64,000 nucleotides of DNA from Obrimoposthia wandeli (taxonomy: Eukaryota). The position numbers were made by a program, and so were the translations under genes. The notes beneath the pieces were generated by a model. The model had not been told where the DNA came from and made no database searches. It saw only the letters and a list, made by a program, of their open reading frames with translations. The DNA lies in contig CDROCS010003176.1 in the NCBI GenBank assembly GCA_977020255.1, positions 1 through 64,000 of the forward strand. Reading direction: 5' to 3'. Each line of letters opens with the position of its first letter. The stretch's first letter is position 1. Of the stretch, positions 1-9,159 are shown one piece after another.

Positions 1-26
1 TAAAGTTACGTATATTGTTAACACTA

Positions 27-42
27 CTGTGTATCCATACAG
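27..42. promoter_or_regulatory. LexA (SOS) box upstream of sulA
   Basis: CTGTGTATCCATACAG matches CTG-N10-CAG, flanked by TA..TA, about 50 bp upstream of sulA. Confidence 0.9.
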
Positions 43-44
43 TA

Positions 45-60
45 CAGTATAGATACACAG
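45..60 (-). promoter_or_regulatory. Second, imperfect LexA box
   Basis: Reverse strand reads CTGTGTATCTATACTG, with one mismatch in the CAG half-site, directly adjacent to the first box. Confidence 0.55.
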
Positions 61-94
61 TACTTTTTAACCACTGGTATAAGGATGACAACCC

Positions 95-565
95 ATGACA
101 GCATTATTGAATAACCTACAATCGGTTACTGCTTCTCAGGCATATAAATCAACCTTTACAACAAACTCTACGTTATCTCAATACCAGTCGGTTAAATGCC
201 CTATTGATGTTTCATTTACAAATGAGTCGCAAACACAGCTCGCCTACTTTTTACGTTTATTAAAGCAAGCGAGCTTGCAGAGCCGTTGGATTATGTTCAT
301 TGGCGACGAAGCGATGATTGATAAAAAGCTTCTTATAAACGCAGGCATTGATATTAGTAAGGTGCTAGTCTTAAAAAACAAAAAGTTGTTAGATAACCAA
401 GCATTAATGACAAAGGCATTGATCAGCGGTAACTGTAGTGCCGTTATTGCGGCAGGCAATGTTACTAGTTTCCAAACAGACGCTATTCACCAAGCATCAG
501 AACAAGGTCAAACACTGGCATTTGTTATTAATCATGCTACAAAACATAAGGTTACACTGCATTAA
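95..565 (+). CDS. sulA: SOS cell-division inhibitor SulA
   Basis: 156 aa; LLRLLKQASLQSRWIMFI and KALISGNCSAV resemble the SulA core; LexA box upstream. Confidence 0.8.
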   Translation: MTALLNNLQSVTASQAYKSTFTTNSTLSQYQSVKCPIDVSFTNESQTQLAYFLRLLKQASLQSRWIMFIGDEAMIDKKLLINAGIDISKVLVLKNKKLLDNQALMTKALISGNCSAVIAAGNVTSFQTDAIHQASEQGQTLAFVINHATKHKVTLH

Positions 566-764
566 TTCACGATAGCGTTATATACAACTAATGGTATTGC
601 TGTTTAATCAAACGATCTGGTTAAATTTTTGATCTATAGCAACGAAAAGGGTTATCCACTGCTATTAAGTTAATGAATGTCACATAATTTCTGAAATTTC
701 TCAAAAAAGCACAATGAAATGCTTTATTATCTACGACCTATAGTTATTTACACCGGATTTTATT

Positions 765-2171
765 TTGGATAATAAACTTGGTTTAGGTGCGATGACCGCA
801 CTGGTAATAGGTTCTATGATTGGTGCGGGCGTTTTTAGCCTTCCCCAAAATATGGCCTCTGTGGCTAGCCCAGCAGCTGTAATGATTGGTTGGAGCATTA
901 CAGGTATAGGAATGATTTTTCTTGCCCTCGCTTTTCAACATCTTTCCCATTTAAAACCAGAAATTGAAAGTGGCGTTTTTGGTTACGCCCAAGCAGGTTT
1001 TGGTGACTTCGTAGGCTTCTGTTCTGCATGGGGCTATTGGCTAAGCGCAATGCTTGCCAACGTTTCTTATTTAGTGATCGTCTTCAGCACGCTAGGTATG
1101 TTTTTCGATCAACCTGATATGATTTTATTTGGCGAAGGAAATACCTGGCTTGCTGTTGCGGGCTCCTCCATTTTATTATGGCTTGTACACGCCTTAGTAC
1201 TGCGTGGTATTCAAACTGCTGCCATTATTAATATGGTAACAACCATCGCTAAACTTGTTCCCCTCTTTATGTTTATTGCTTTCGCCTTTGTAGCATTTAA
1301 GTGGGATACCTTTATTTTTGATTTTACTGGGCTTCATTTTGGTGAAGAGCATGATCTACTTTCTCAAGTAAAAAGCACCATGCTAATTACAGTCTGGGTA
1401 TTCATTGGTATTGAAGGCGCGGTGGTTGTTTCAAGCCGAGCAAGACACCGTAGAGATATTGGTAGAGCAACCATTCTTGGTCTATTAACCGCTTTATCTA
1501 TTTATGTACTTGTGACGCTGCTTTCTATGGGTGTTATTACCACTCAAGAGTTAGCGACTTATCACAACCCATCAATGGCACAAGTGCTCACGCATATCTT
1601 AGGCCCTTGGGGTGGGATTATTATTGGCTGTGGTTTGTTAATTTCGGTATGCGGAGCATTCTTAAGCTGGACTGTATTAGCCTCTGAAGCGCCCTATCTT
1701 GCTGCTAAAGATAAGATGTTTCCTAAGTGCTTTACCACTCAGAATAAAGCGGGAAGCCCTGTAAAATCCCTTTTATTAACTAACATCTGCATTCAAGTTT
1801 CATTGTTTTTTGTTATGTATGCAGGGGGAACGTATGACACCCTACTGGCCATCGCTTCTGAAATGATCTTAGTGCCTTATTTCTTAGTTGGTGCATATAC
1901 ATTGCAACTCGCAATCCAGACTAAAAATCGCGGTTCGCTGTTATTTGTTGGGATTTGTGCAAGTAGTTACGGCTTATGGCTTCTATATGCTTCGGGCTTA
2001 AATTATCTGCTACTTTCTGCATTACTTTACCTTCCCGGTTTGTATTTCTACGTAAAAGCTAAACGCGAACAAGGCGTAAAAGTCTTCGTGGGGAAAGAAA
2101 AAGCGGCGGCGGGTATACTCACCGTTGCTGCTTGTTTTGCAGTCGGCATGCTTTGGACGGGTATCTTATAA
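765..2171 (+). CDS. APC-family basic amino acid/polyamine antiporter (ArcD-like)
   Basis: GSMIGAGVFSLP and WVFIGIEGA motifs, about 12 hydrophobic segments, TTG start. Confidence 0.85.
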   Translation: MDNKLGLGAMTALVIGSMIGAGVFSLPQNMASVASPAAVMIGWSITGIGMIFLALAFQHLSHLKPEIESGVFGYAQAGFGDFVGFCSAWGYWLSAMLANVSYLVIVFSTLGMFFDQPDMILFGEGNTWLAVAGSSILLWLVHALVLRGIQTAAIINMVTTIAKLVPLFMFIAFAFVAFKWDTFIFDFTGLHFGEEHDLLSQVKSTMLITVWVFIGIEGAVVVSSRARHRRDIGRATILGLLTALSIYVLVTLLSMGVITTQELATYHNPSMAQVLTHILGPWGGIIIGCGLLISVCGAFLSWTVLASEAPYLAAKDKMFPKCFTTQNKAGSPVKSLLLTNICIQVSLFFVMYAGGTYDTLLAIASEMILVPYFLVGAYTLQLAIQTKNRGSLLFVGICASSYGLWLLYASGLNYLLLSALLYLPGLYFYVKAKREQGVKVFVGKEKAAAGILTVAACFAVGMLWTGIL

Positions 2172-2206
2172 TTCTGTTAATTTTATTCGTTTAAAATAAC
2201 AGACAC

Positions 2207-2238
2207 AAAAAAGCCAGCTTAAAACTGGCTTTTCTTTT
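2207..2238. terminator. Bidirectional intrinsic terminator
   Basis: AAAAAAGCCAG-cttaaaa-CTGGCTTTTCTTTT between convergent genes. Confidence 0.8.
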
Positions 2239-2288
2239 ATCTACAAATTCTTTTATCTACAAATGCTAGTTTGGCGCTAGATCGTGTA

Positions 2289-2684
2289 TTAGATATTGAC
2301 TCTTAACTGTTCACCATTGTCTTCAATAAATCCAATGTGGCAACCCGATTTCTTTTCGATTAACAATAATTGTTCTTCATCCAAAGAATATGGCAACGAA
2401 ATCACAATCTCATCAATGTTCTCTGAGCGCGCTAACCGCAACAAACGCACAAGATTGCTGGTATCACTCACATTGGTAGAAAGCACTTTTAATGCTTGCA
2501 TTTGCAACTGTTCAGAAACACTTAACCCGCTAGGTAAAGATGACCTCCATGATATCTCAAAAGCAGGTATACACGCTTTTATCGCATCTAAAAAAGTGAA
2601 CCGATGCTTACAAGACGCAGATAAGAATAACGTGTAATCAAACACTACATTTTCTTTTTTTGAGGATGCGGCTAATATTTCCAT
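2289..2684 (-). CDS. Hypothetical protein (131 aa)
   Basis: ORF with AAGGAG RBS before ATG at 2684 (track start 2708 extended); no family recognised. Confidence 0.65.
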   Translation of the reverse strand: MEILAASSKKENVVFDYTLFLSASCKHRFTFLDAIKACIPAFEISWRSSLPSGLSVSEQLQMQALKVLSTNVSDTSNLVRLLRLARSENIDEIVISLPYSLDEEQLLLIEKKSGCHIGFIEDNGEQLRVNI

Positions 2685-2725
2685 ATATCTCCTTAAAAGA
2701 AAAATCACTTACCTTAACTAACCTT

Positions 2726-2749
2726 ACAAGTGCAATTAATTGCACTTGT
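2726..2749. promoter_or_regulatory. Perfect 24-bp palindrome, candidate operator
   Basis: ACAAGTGCAATTAATTGCACTTGT is its own reverse complement, about 40 bp upstream of the 2684 start. Confidence 0.5.
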
Positions 2750-3141
2750 CATTTACTATACGATTAAGTTGTTTAGAAGGTATTCTAAGTTTTAAGAAAT
2801 TTGCACTGGATCTTACTTTTTTAGCATGTAAATCAATAATTAAATACAACTAGAACATACCTTTAACACATAGCAAACCTAATTTGAACATCTGTTACAC
2901 TAAATGTGTAACTTTCCCTTTTTTCGTAATAGATATAATAACACCTAACATGAAATCAATTGTTCACATTAACATTAACGCATAAGTCATTATTTTACTG
3001 GGTATAATTAGAAAATGAACATGTTAAATATTATATTCAAAAAAATATGCATCAATATTCTTTATAGTTAACATTGAAATATATTATTTTATTATTAGTG
3101 GAAAACTTTTCATGCATATTCTTGGTATTATTTATACGCAT

Positions 3142-3190
3142 AAAAAAACCCAGAGACTATTAATGGATAATAGATTCTCTGAGGCTTTTT
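3142..3190. terminator. Terminator downstream of fruA
   Basis: A-tract, CAGAGA-CTATTA..TAATAG-a-TTCTCTG stem, T-tract. Confidence 0.6.
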
Positions 3191-3214
3191 AAAGTATTAC
3201 TTACACGCTACATT

Positions 3215-4954
3215 TTATGCTGCTGCTAATTGCTCTTGGTCTGATTTTTTCAAAAGTGCATAGCTAATACCTGTTACCAATGTACCTGCTGCTATCGCGA
3301 CTAAATACAGAAGTGCTGGGCTAATAGCATTTGGAATAAGCAGAACAAATAAACCGCCATGTGGTGCCATTAGCTTTGCACCAAATAACATCGATAATGC
3401 ACCTGTTAACGCACCACCAGCCATACAGCATGGGATTACACGCATTGGATCGCGCGCTGCAAAAGGAATGGCACCTTCAGAGATAAAGCAAAGACCTAAT
3501 ACAAATGAGGCTTTACCTGCTTCTGATTCGCTTGAGTTAAACTTACGTTTAGCAAGGAATGTTGCTAAACCCATTCCCATTGCAGGCACCATACCCGCCG
3601 CCATTACTGCAGCCATTGGTGCGTACGTTTGTGATGCTAATAGACCTACACCAAACGTATATGCCGCTTTATTTACTGGGCCACCAAGGTCGAAACACAT
3701 CATACAACCAAGAATAATACCCAGTAGTACTGCGTTGGCAGAACCCATGTTATTCAAAAATTCTGTTAAGCCTGTCATTGCTGCTGCAACAGGGCCACCA
3801 ACAATGTAGATCATGATTAAACCGGTAATTAAACTCGCAACAAGCGGAATAATCAGAATAGGTTTAAGTGCTTCCATCGATTGCGGTAGCTTCACTTTAT
3901 CGGCTAAGAACTTCGCACTGTAACCAGCAAGGAAACCTGCAACAATACCACCAAGGAAACCTGCCCCCGTTGAACTCGCTAACATACCGCCAATTAAACC
4001 AGGTGCTAAGCCTGGGCGATCAGCAATAGAGAAAGCAATAAAGCCGGCAAGCACTGGAACCATTAATGCGAAGGCTGAACCACCACCAATTGTCATTAAT
4101 GCCGCTGCTAATGTGCCTTCTTCTTTAAAGGCTTCGATACCGAAAACAAAAGAGAGAGCAATAGACAAACCACCTGCAACAACCAGTGGCAGCATGTGCG
4201 AGACGCCAGTCATAAGGTGTTTATAGGCACCTGCTTTTTCTTGATTCTGATCGCTAGAAGATGCACTGCCCGCTTCGTGTTTGTATACCGATGCGCTGGC
4301 AAAGGCTTTGTCCATTTCTTGCTTCGTTTTCTTAAGCGCTAAGCCTGTGCTTGTCTTATACAGCTTTTTACCATCAAAGCGGGCTAAATCAACTTCGATA
4401 TCAGCGGCAATGATCACAAGATCGGCTGCTGCAATTTCTTCATTGGTTAACTGGTTTTTAGCACCCACTGAACCACGTGTTTCAACTTTAATATCGTGAC
4501 CTTGGCGTTGGCCTTCTTGCTCAAGTGCTTCAGCCGCCATGAATGTGTGCGCAACACCAGTAGGACACGCTGTAATAGCAACAATCTTCTTCTTACCAGA
4601 CGTATTACTAACAGCAGCGTCTGCACTTTTTAGTTCAGATGCTGACAACACAGCTGCCTTATCAACGGCAACTTCTAAATAAGCTTTTGGATCAGAGAAA
4701 CAAGCAGACACTGCTGATTGATAAACTTTTTTACCCGCAAAACGTGATGTGTCAACCGCTGTGCTCGCTGCAATAACAATGTAGTCTGCCGCTTTAATTT
4801 GTTCTGTTGTGAGTGATGTAGGGGCTGTAACGGTTGACTGACACTCAATGTCAGCATTCCATTTTAGCTCTGCTGCTGCTTTTTCTAATAAGCCAGCAGC
4901 AATTACGCTGTTGGCAATACCACTAGGACAAGCTGTTACGATTGCAATTTTCAT
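3215..4954 (-). CDS. fruA: PTS fructose-specific EIIBBC
   Basis: Two IIB domains (ACPSGIANS, ACPTGVAHT) followed by IIC (HLMTGVSHMLP, DLGGPVNKAAY); last gene of fruBKA. Confidence 0.95.
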   Translation of the reverse strand: MKIAIVTACPSGIANSVIAAGLLEKAAAELKWNADIECQSTVTAPTSLTTEQIKAADYIVIAASTAVDTSRFAGKKVYQSAVSACFSDPKAYLEVAVDKAAVLSASELKSADAAVSNTSGKKKIVAITACPTGVAHTFMAAEALEQEGQRQGHDIKVETRGSVGAKNQLTNEEIAAADLVIIAADIEVDLARFDGKKLYKTSTGLALKKTKQEMDKAFASASVYKHEAGSASSSDQNQEKAGAYKHLMTGVSHMLPLVVAGGLSIALSFVFGIEAFKEEGTLAAALMTIGGGSAFALMVPVLAGFIAFSIADRPGLAPGLIGGMLASSTGAGFLGGIVAGFLAGYSAKFLADKVKLPQSMEALKPILIIPLVASLITGLIMIYIVGGPVAAAMTGLTEFLNNMGSANAVLLGIILGCMMCFDLGGPVNKAAYTFGVGLLASQTYAPMAAVMAAGMVPAMGMGLATFLAKRKFNSSESEAGKASFVLGLCFISEGAIPFAARDPMRVIPCCMAGGALTGALSMLFGAKLMAPHGGLFVLLIPNAISPALLYLVAIAAGTLVTGISYALLKKSDQEQLAAA

Positions 4955-4975
4955 GTTGATACCCTCATATCCGTG

Positions 4976-6007
4976 TTAGCACTTCACATTATTAATTGAA
5001 TTATCCAGTTCGTTTGTACTTGCAAGTACACAACCAGAAATAATGACTCTTTCTTTCATCGCATTAACTGCATTAATGTCTTCAACGCCCACGCCGACTT
5101 GGCTGACAGCTAAAGCAGAAAGCGCCGTTGCGAAACGAAGAGTTTCTTGTTTCGACCACTTATTGATATGTCCCCAGCACATTCCAGCCACCAGCGTGTC
5201 ACCTGCACCAACGGTACTGACAACCTGCATTTTGGGTGGTTGCGAACGTAACCAGCCTTCATTATTCAGCCACATCACACCGCCTGCCCCTAAAGAAACC
5301 ACCACATTAGCGATACCTTGTTCAGCCAGTTGTTCTGCAACCTCTGTAAAATCGTGTTCCGTTGTTAACTCTCGACCCGCCCACTGTGAAAGTTCTTCAT
5401 CATTGGGCTTAACTAACCACGGGTTCTTACTAAAACCAGCGACCAATGCCGCTTTACTGCTATCAAAAAGCACCTTTTTGCCTTCTTGATGTAAACGCGC
5501 AATCCAATCGGCACATAATTCAGGGGTAATGCCTGCTGGTAAACTGCCTGCAATCACAAATACGTCATGTGTTTGTGCTAATTCAAATAACGTCTGTTCA
5601 AATCGATTGATATCATCTTGTGATACGGCAACCCCCGGGAAGTTGATATCGCTGACTATTCCTGTATTTTCAACAAGCTTCACATTGATACGGCTAGCGC
5701 CCTTTACACGAATAAACTTGTCTGTCGCACCAATCTCTTCAAATAGTTGGCAGAAAGGTTCTTGGTTATCAGCACCTAGTAGCCCCGTCACCGTTACATC
5801 TGCACCTAATTCAGCCAGCACTTTTGCCACGTTAACGCCTTTGCCTGCAGGATGAAGGCTGCCTTTATTCACCACATTAACAGTGCCAAGGGATAATGAA
5901 TCTAAACTGCCCGTTAAATCCAATGCTGGGTTTAACGTAACGGTGACTACTTTAGGCTTAATAGCGCCTGTTGCTTTAGTTGTAGTGATAGTCGTCGTAT
6001 CCATCAT
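4976..6007 (-). CDS. fruK: 1-phosphofructokinase
   Basis: PfkB signatures TLNPALD, AGKGVNVA, STVGAGD; TAATG overlap with fruB. Confidence 0.95.
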   Translation of the reverse strand: MMDTTTITTTKATGAIKPKVVTVTLNPALDLTGSLDSLSLGTVNVVNKGSLHPAGKGVNVAKVLAELGADVTVTGLLGADNQEPFCQLFEEIGATDKFIRVKGASRINVKLVENTGIVSDINFPGVAVSQDDINRFEQTLFELAQTHDVFVIAGSLPAGITPELCADWIARLHQEGKKVLFDSSKAALVAGFSKNPWLVKPNDEELSQWAGRELTTEHDFTEVAEQLAEQGIANVVVSLGAGGVMWLNNEGWLRSQPPKMQVVSTVGAGDTLVAGMCWGHINKWSKQETLRFATALSALAVSQVGVGVEDINAVNAMKERVIISGCVLASTNELDNSINNVKC

Positions 6008-7125
6008 TATTTACCTTCACCTAAGCCATCTGCAATGGCTTGACCAATCGATTCAAGTGCAAGTTCAGCGTCATCACCTTGAGCGGTAAATTGCAGTTCG
6101 TGCCCACATTTCACACCCAGTGCAATCACTTTCATCAAGCTTTTCGCATTTGCAGGTTTACCTTCACCGTTAAGGTTAACCACCTGAATAGCTGAGCTGA
6201 ATTTCTTCGCTACGCTCACTAACATCGCACCAGGGCGAGCATGTAAACCATGTGCATTTCTAATTTTAAAGGCTGCCGTAGAACCCTCTAAGGTTTCTTG
6301 AGTCAGTAAAGACACCACTTTGTCTGCATCTGCCGTTGCCAATTTATCAGCCTGTGCTGTATAGATAAGCTGTGTTATGAAGCCCAAATTTGATACATGC
6401 GCGCTATTACACGCAGCAACCATAATCAACCCTTTAACGACTTGACCATTTTCTTCAAACGCCACAGCAGGAGTAACAAAAGACAATGCTGTGCGTGACA
6501 CTTCTTGATTGCTTTTTGCCAACCAAATTCCCTGCCCTAAATGTGTAGCACCTGTTGCAATCGCATCTGCTACGCAGCCATTACCTGCAAACTGGCGATT
6601 CTTAATAAGCCCAGCCGCAACGGCTGTTAGTTGAATCAAATCTGTTGCTGGAAATGCCAATTGAATAAGAGCTTTATCGAATTCAGCTTCTAATTGCGCT
6701 TCACCATTTAAGATAGAAATGATGCCACTTTCGCTATCGCAATTTTTTAATTTATCTTCAACGCCATCAGCTGAAAGCACTTTCGTTAGCTGTTTCAAAA
6801 TGCCAAGGTGCTCATCAGATTTAGCCGCAATACCAATCGCTAAATAAACTGTTTTGCCATTGCCCCAGTTAACGCCTTGTGGGAAATGATGTACTTTCAC
6901 ACCTGTTTGCTTCACCAAACCGCGTGTATCTGTTGTACCGTGTGGAATCGCAATGCCATTACCTAGGAATGTGGAATTTTGCGCTTCACGTGCAAGCATG
7001 CCATTCACATACCCAGCTTCTACTAACCCTTGTGTTTCGAGGCTTGCTGCTAATGCTTTAATGGCATCTTCTTTATTGGTCGCGGTTTGCTTTAACTCAA
7101 TATCGTTCTTAGATAGTGACAACAT
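6007..7125 (-). CDS. fruB: PTS fructose EIIA/FPr fusion
   Basis: IIA motif GIAIPHG, middle domain, HPr motif NAHGLHARPG. Confidence 0.95.
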   Translation of the reverse strand: MLSLSKNDIELKQTATNKEDAIKALAASLETQGLVEAGYVNGMLAREAQNSTFLGNGIAIPHGTTDTRGLVKQTGVKVHHFPQGVNWGNGKTVYLAIGIAAKSDEHLGILKQLTKVLSADGVEDKLKNCDSESGIISILNGEAQLEAEFDKALIQLAFPATDLIQLTAVAAGLIKNRQFAGNGCVADAIATGATHLGQGIWLAKSNQEVSRTALSFVTPAVAFEENGQVVKGLIMVAACNSAHVSNLGFITQLIYTAQADKLATADADKVVSLLTQETLEGSTAAFKIRNAHGLHARPGAMLVSVAKKFSSAIQVVNLNGEGKPANAKSLMKVIALGVKCGHELQFTAQGDDAELALESIGQAIADGLGEGK

Positions 7126-7263
7126 GTATTCACTCCACTGGCATTTTCTGTTTTCTATTTGTCTGATTAAGCGCTAATCACTAAGGCGAAAGTCTCTATT
7201 CATACCCAGTTAAAATGCCCATCGACACGTCGTTTAATTATAAGTTAATACTTCGACCTGAAA

Positions 7264-7279
7264 GCTGAATCGTTTCAGC
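7264..7279. promoter_or_regulatory. Cra/FruR operator 1
   Basis: GCTGAATCGTTTCAGC, Cra consensus palindrome between fruB and cra. Confidence 0.9.
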
Positions 7280-7330
7280 ATTTAGGGAAATTAAAAGTTT
7301 CAGTAAAGCCACTTAACATTTTAGAGCTTT

Positions 7331-7346
7331 GCTGAAACCTTTCAGC
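7331..7346. promoter_or_regulatory. Cra/FruR operator 2
   Basis: GCTGAAACCTTTCAGC. Confidence 0.85.
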
Positions 7347-7352
7347 AGACAT

Positions 7353-7368
7353 ACTGAATCGTTTCAGC
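7353..7368. promoter_or_regulatory. Cra/FruR operator 3
   Basis: ACTGAATCGTTTCAGC. Confidence 0.85.
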
Positions 7369-7468
7369 TATGATTGCAATTGTTCTATAAAGGATCATTT
7401 ACGATTATATGATCAAGCGCACAGATCTCTTTTTAATCCCTATTATAAGCAAACGATAAGAACTCATC

Positions 7469-8452
7469 ATGACGTTAGATGAAATTGCAAAATTGGCTGG
7501 TGTATCTCGCACAACAGCTAGCTATGTCATTAATGGCAAAGCCAGCAAATACCGGATCAGTGAAAAAACACAAATAAAGGTAATGGCAGTTGTTAATGAA
7601 CATAACTTCCGCCCAGATCACGCCGCTACCTCTCTTCGTGCAGGCAGTAGCCGATCGTTTGGTTTAATTATTCCCGATTTAGAAAACAGCAGTTATGCCA
7701 AGTTAGCAAAATTGCTCGAAAGAAATGCGCGTAAAGCAGGGTATCAATTGATCATCTCGTGTTCTGATGATGATCCTGATACAGAAATGAAAGTTGCAGA
7801 AACACTCTTAAGCCGTCGTATCGATGCGCTGCTTGTTGCCAGTGTGCTTCCTGCTGATAATGCGTTTTATCCACGCATTCAAACTGGCGGCGTACCCGTT
7901 ATTGCACTCGACCGTGCGTTAGACGATGAGATCTTTGCCAGTGTAATCAGTGAAGATTTAGAGGGGGCATTTGAGCTTACTCAGACCCTTCTCAATAAAG
8001 GTGTGAATAGCATTGGGCTGGTAGGAGCCGTACCTGAGCTAGGTGTATCGAAAGAGCGTGAACAAGGTTTTTTAACGGCTATTCGTCGTCATCAACCAGA
8101 TATCACCATGCACGTTGCCTATGGCGATCATTTCAGCCAAGAACAAGGGCAAAAACAGGTGCAACATTGGATTGATTCAGGACACTTCCCTGATGCGATT
8201 CTCGCTACCTCTTATACCTTATTTGAAGGCATTCTTGATTGTTTGCTGGCGAATCCCGAATTGATGTCAAAAATTCATTTAGCGACATTCGGTGACAACC
8301 GTTTATTGGATTTTTTACCCATCAAAATTCAATCTTTACCCCAACAATTTGAGCTAATTGCAGACAACGCCCTAGAGCTCGCACTCAACGCCGCAGCAGG
8401 GCGCTACCGTACCGGTGTTGAAGTTGTACCAAGAAAGATAAAAAGACGGTAA
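7469..8452 (+). CDS. cra: Catabolite repressor/activator Cra (FruR), LacI family
   Basis: MTLDEIAKLAGVSRTTASYVINGKA HTH, PDLENSSYA; divergent from fruB. Confidence 0.95.
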   Translation: MTLDEIAKLAGVSRTTASYVINGKASKYRISEKTQIKVMAVVNEHNFRPDHAATSLRAGSSRSFGLIIPDLENSSYAKLAKLLERNARKAGYQLIISCSDDDPDTEMKVAETLLSRRIDALLVASVLPADNAFYPRIQTGGVPVIALDRALDDEIFASVISEDLEGAFELTQTLLNKGVNSIGLVGAVPELGVSKEREQGFLTAIRRHQPDITMHVAYGDHFSQEQGQKQVQHWIDSGHFPDAILATSYTLFEGILDCLLANPELMSKIHLATFGDNRLLDFLPIKIQSLPQQFELIADNALELALNAAAGRYRTGVEVVPRKIKRR

Positions 8453-8566
8453 CGAAAGAAAAACCTCAGCGAGTAATGTGAATAAGGATAATTCAACCTA
8501 TATTCACATTAACTCAACTAACGTTATAGTTACGTATAAGTTACGTTCTATATAAGAAGAAACGTT

Positions 8567-9091
8567 ATGACACGTTTTACTCGTCATCAAATTTGGTTTC
8601 ACTGGCTTAGCCTACTGCTTATTGCTATTACCTATTCAGCCATTGAGCTGAAAGGCATTGTACCTAAAACAACCCCTTGGCATGACTACCTTAAAATCAT
8701 TCATTTCAATGCCGGTTGTTTTGTCTTGGTTTTGATGTGCATTCGGCTTTACTTTCAGCGCAATCAGGTAACACCCGAAATTATTCCCGCGCCTCCCCAA
8801 TGGCAATTAACCTTGTCAAAAGCGATACACTACATCATGTATGCAGCCTTTATTCTTTTACCTTTATTAGGGTTAATTATGCTGGCTGTAGGGGGGAAGC
8901 AATGGGATTTATTAGGCATACCCATGCCTGCTTTTTCAGTGCCTGATAAAGAAACATCAAAGTCGATTAAAGAAATTCACGAAACTATCGCCGACATTGG
9001 TTATTTTCTGATTGCGATACATGCAGGGGCTGCTATCTACCATCACTATGTGGTGAAAGACAATACGCTACAGCGAATGCTGCCTAAATAG
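8567..9091 (+). CDS. Cytochrome b561 (CybB/YodB family)
   Basis: Four TM segments with heme His ligands: FHWLS, IHFNAG, IHETIA, IHAGAAIYHH. Confidence 0.9.
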   Translation: MTRFTRHQIWFHWLSLLLIAITYSAIELKGIVPKTTPWHDYLKIIHFNAGCFVLVLMCIRLYFQRNQVTPEIIPAPPQWQLTLSKAIHYIMYAAFILLPLLGLIMLAVGGKQWDLLGIPMPAFSVPDKETSKSIKEIHETIADIGYFLIAIHAGAAIYHHYVVKDNTLQRMLPK

Positions 9092-9159
9092 CGACCCCAA
9101 ATAGCCATTAACAAAAATGAGAGCCTATTAGTTACGAATAATACGCTCTCTTTTTACCA

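Noticed and set aside
670-730. Possible ArgR boxes upstream of the APC antiporter
   Set aside because: Only one TGAAT half-site fits; not distinguishable from AT-rich background
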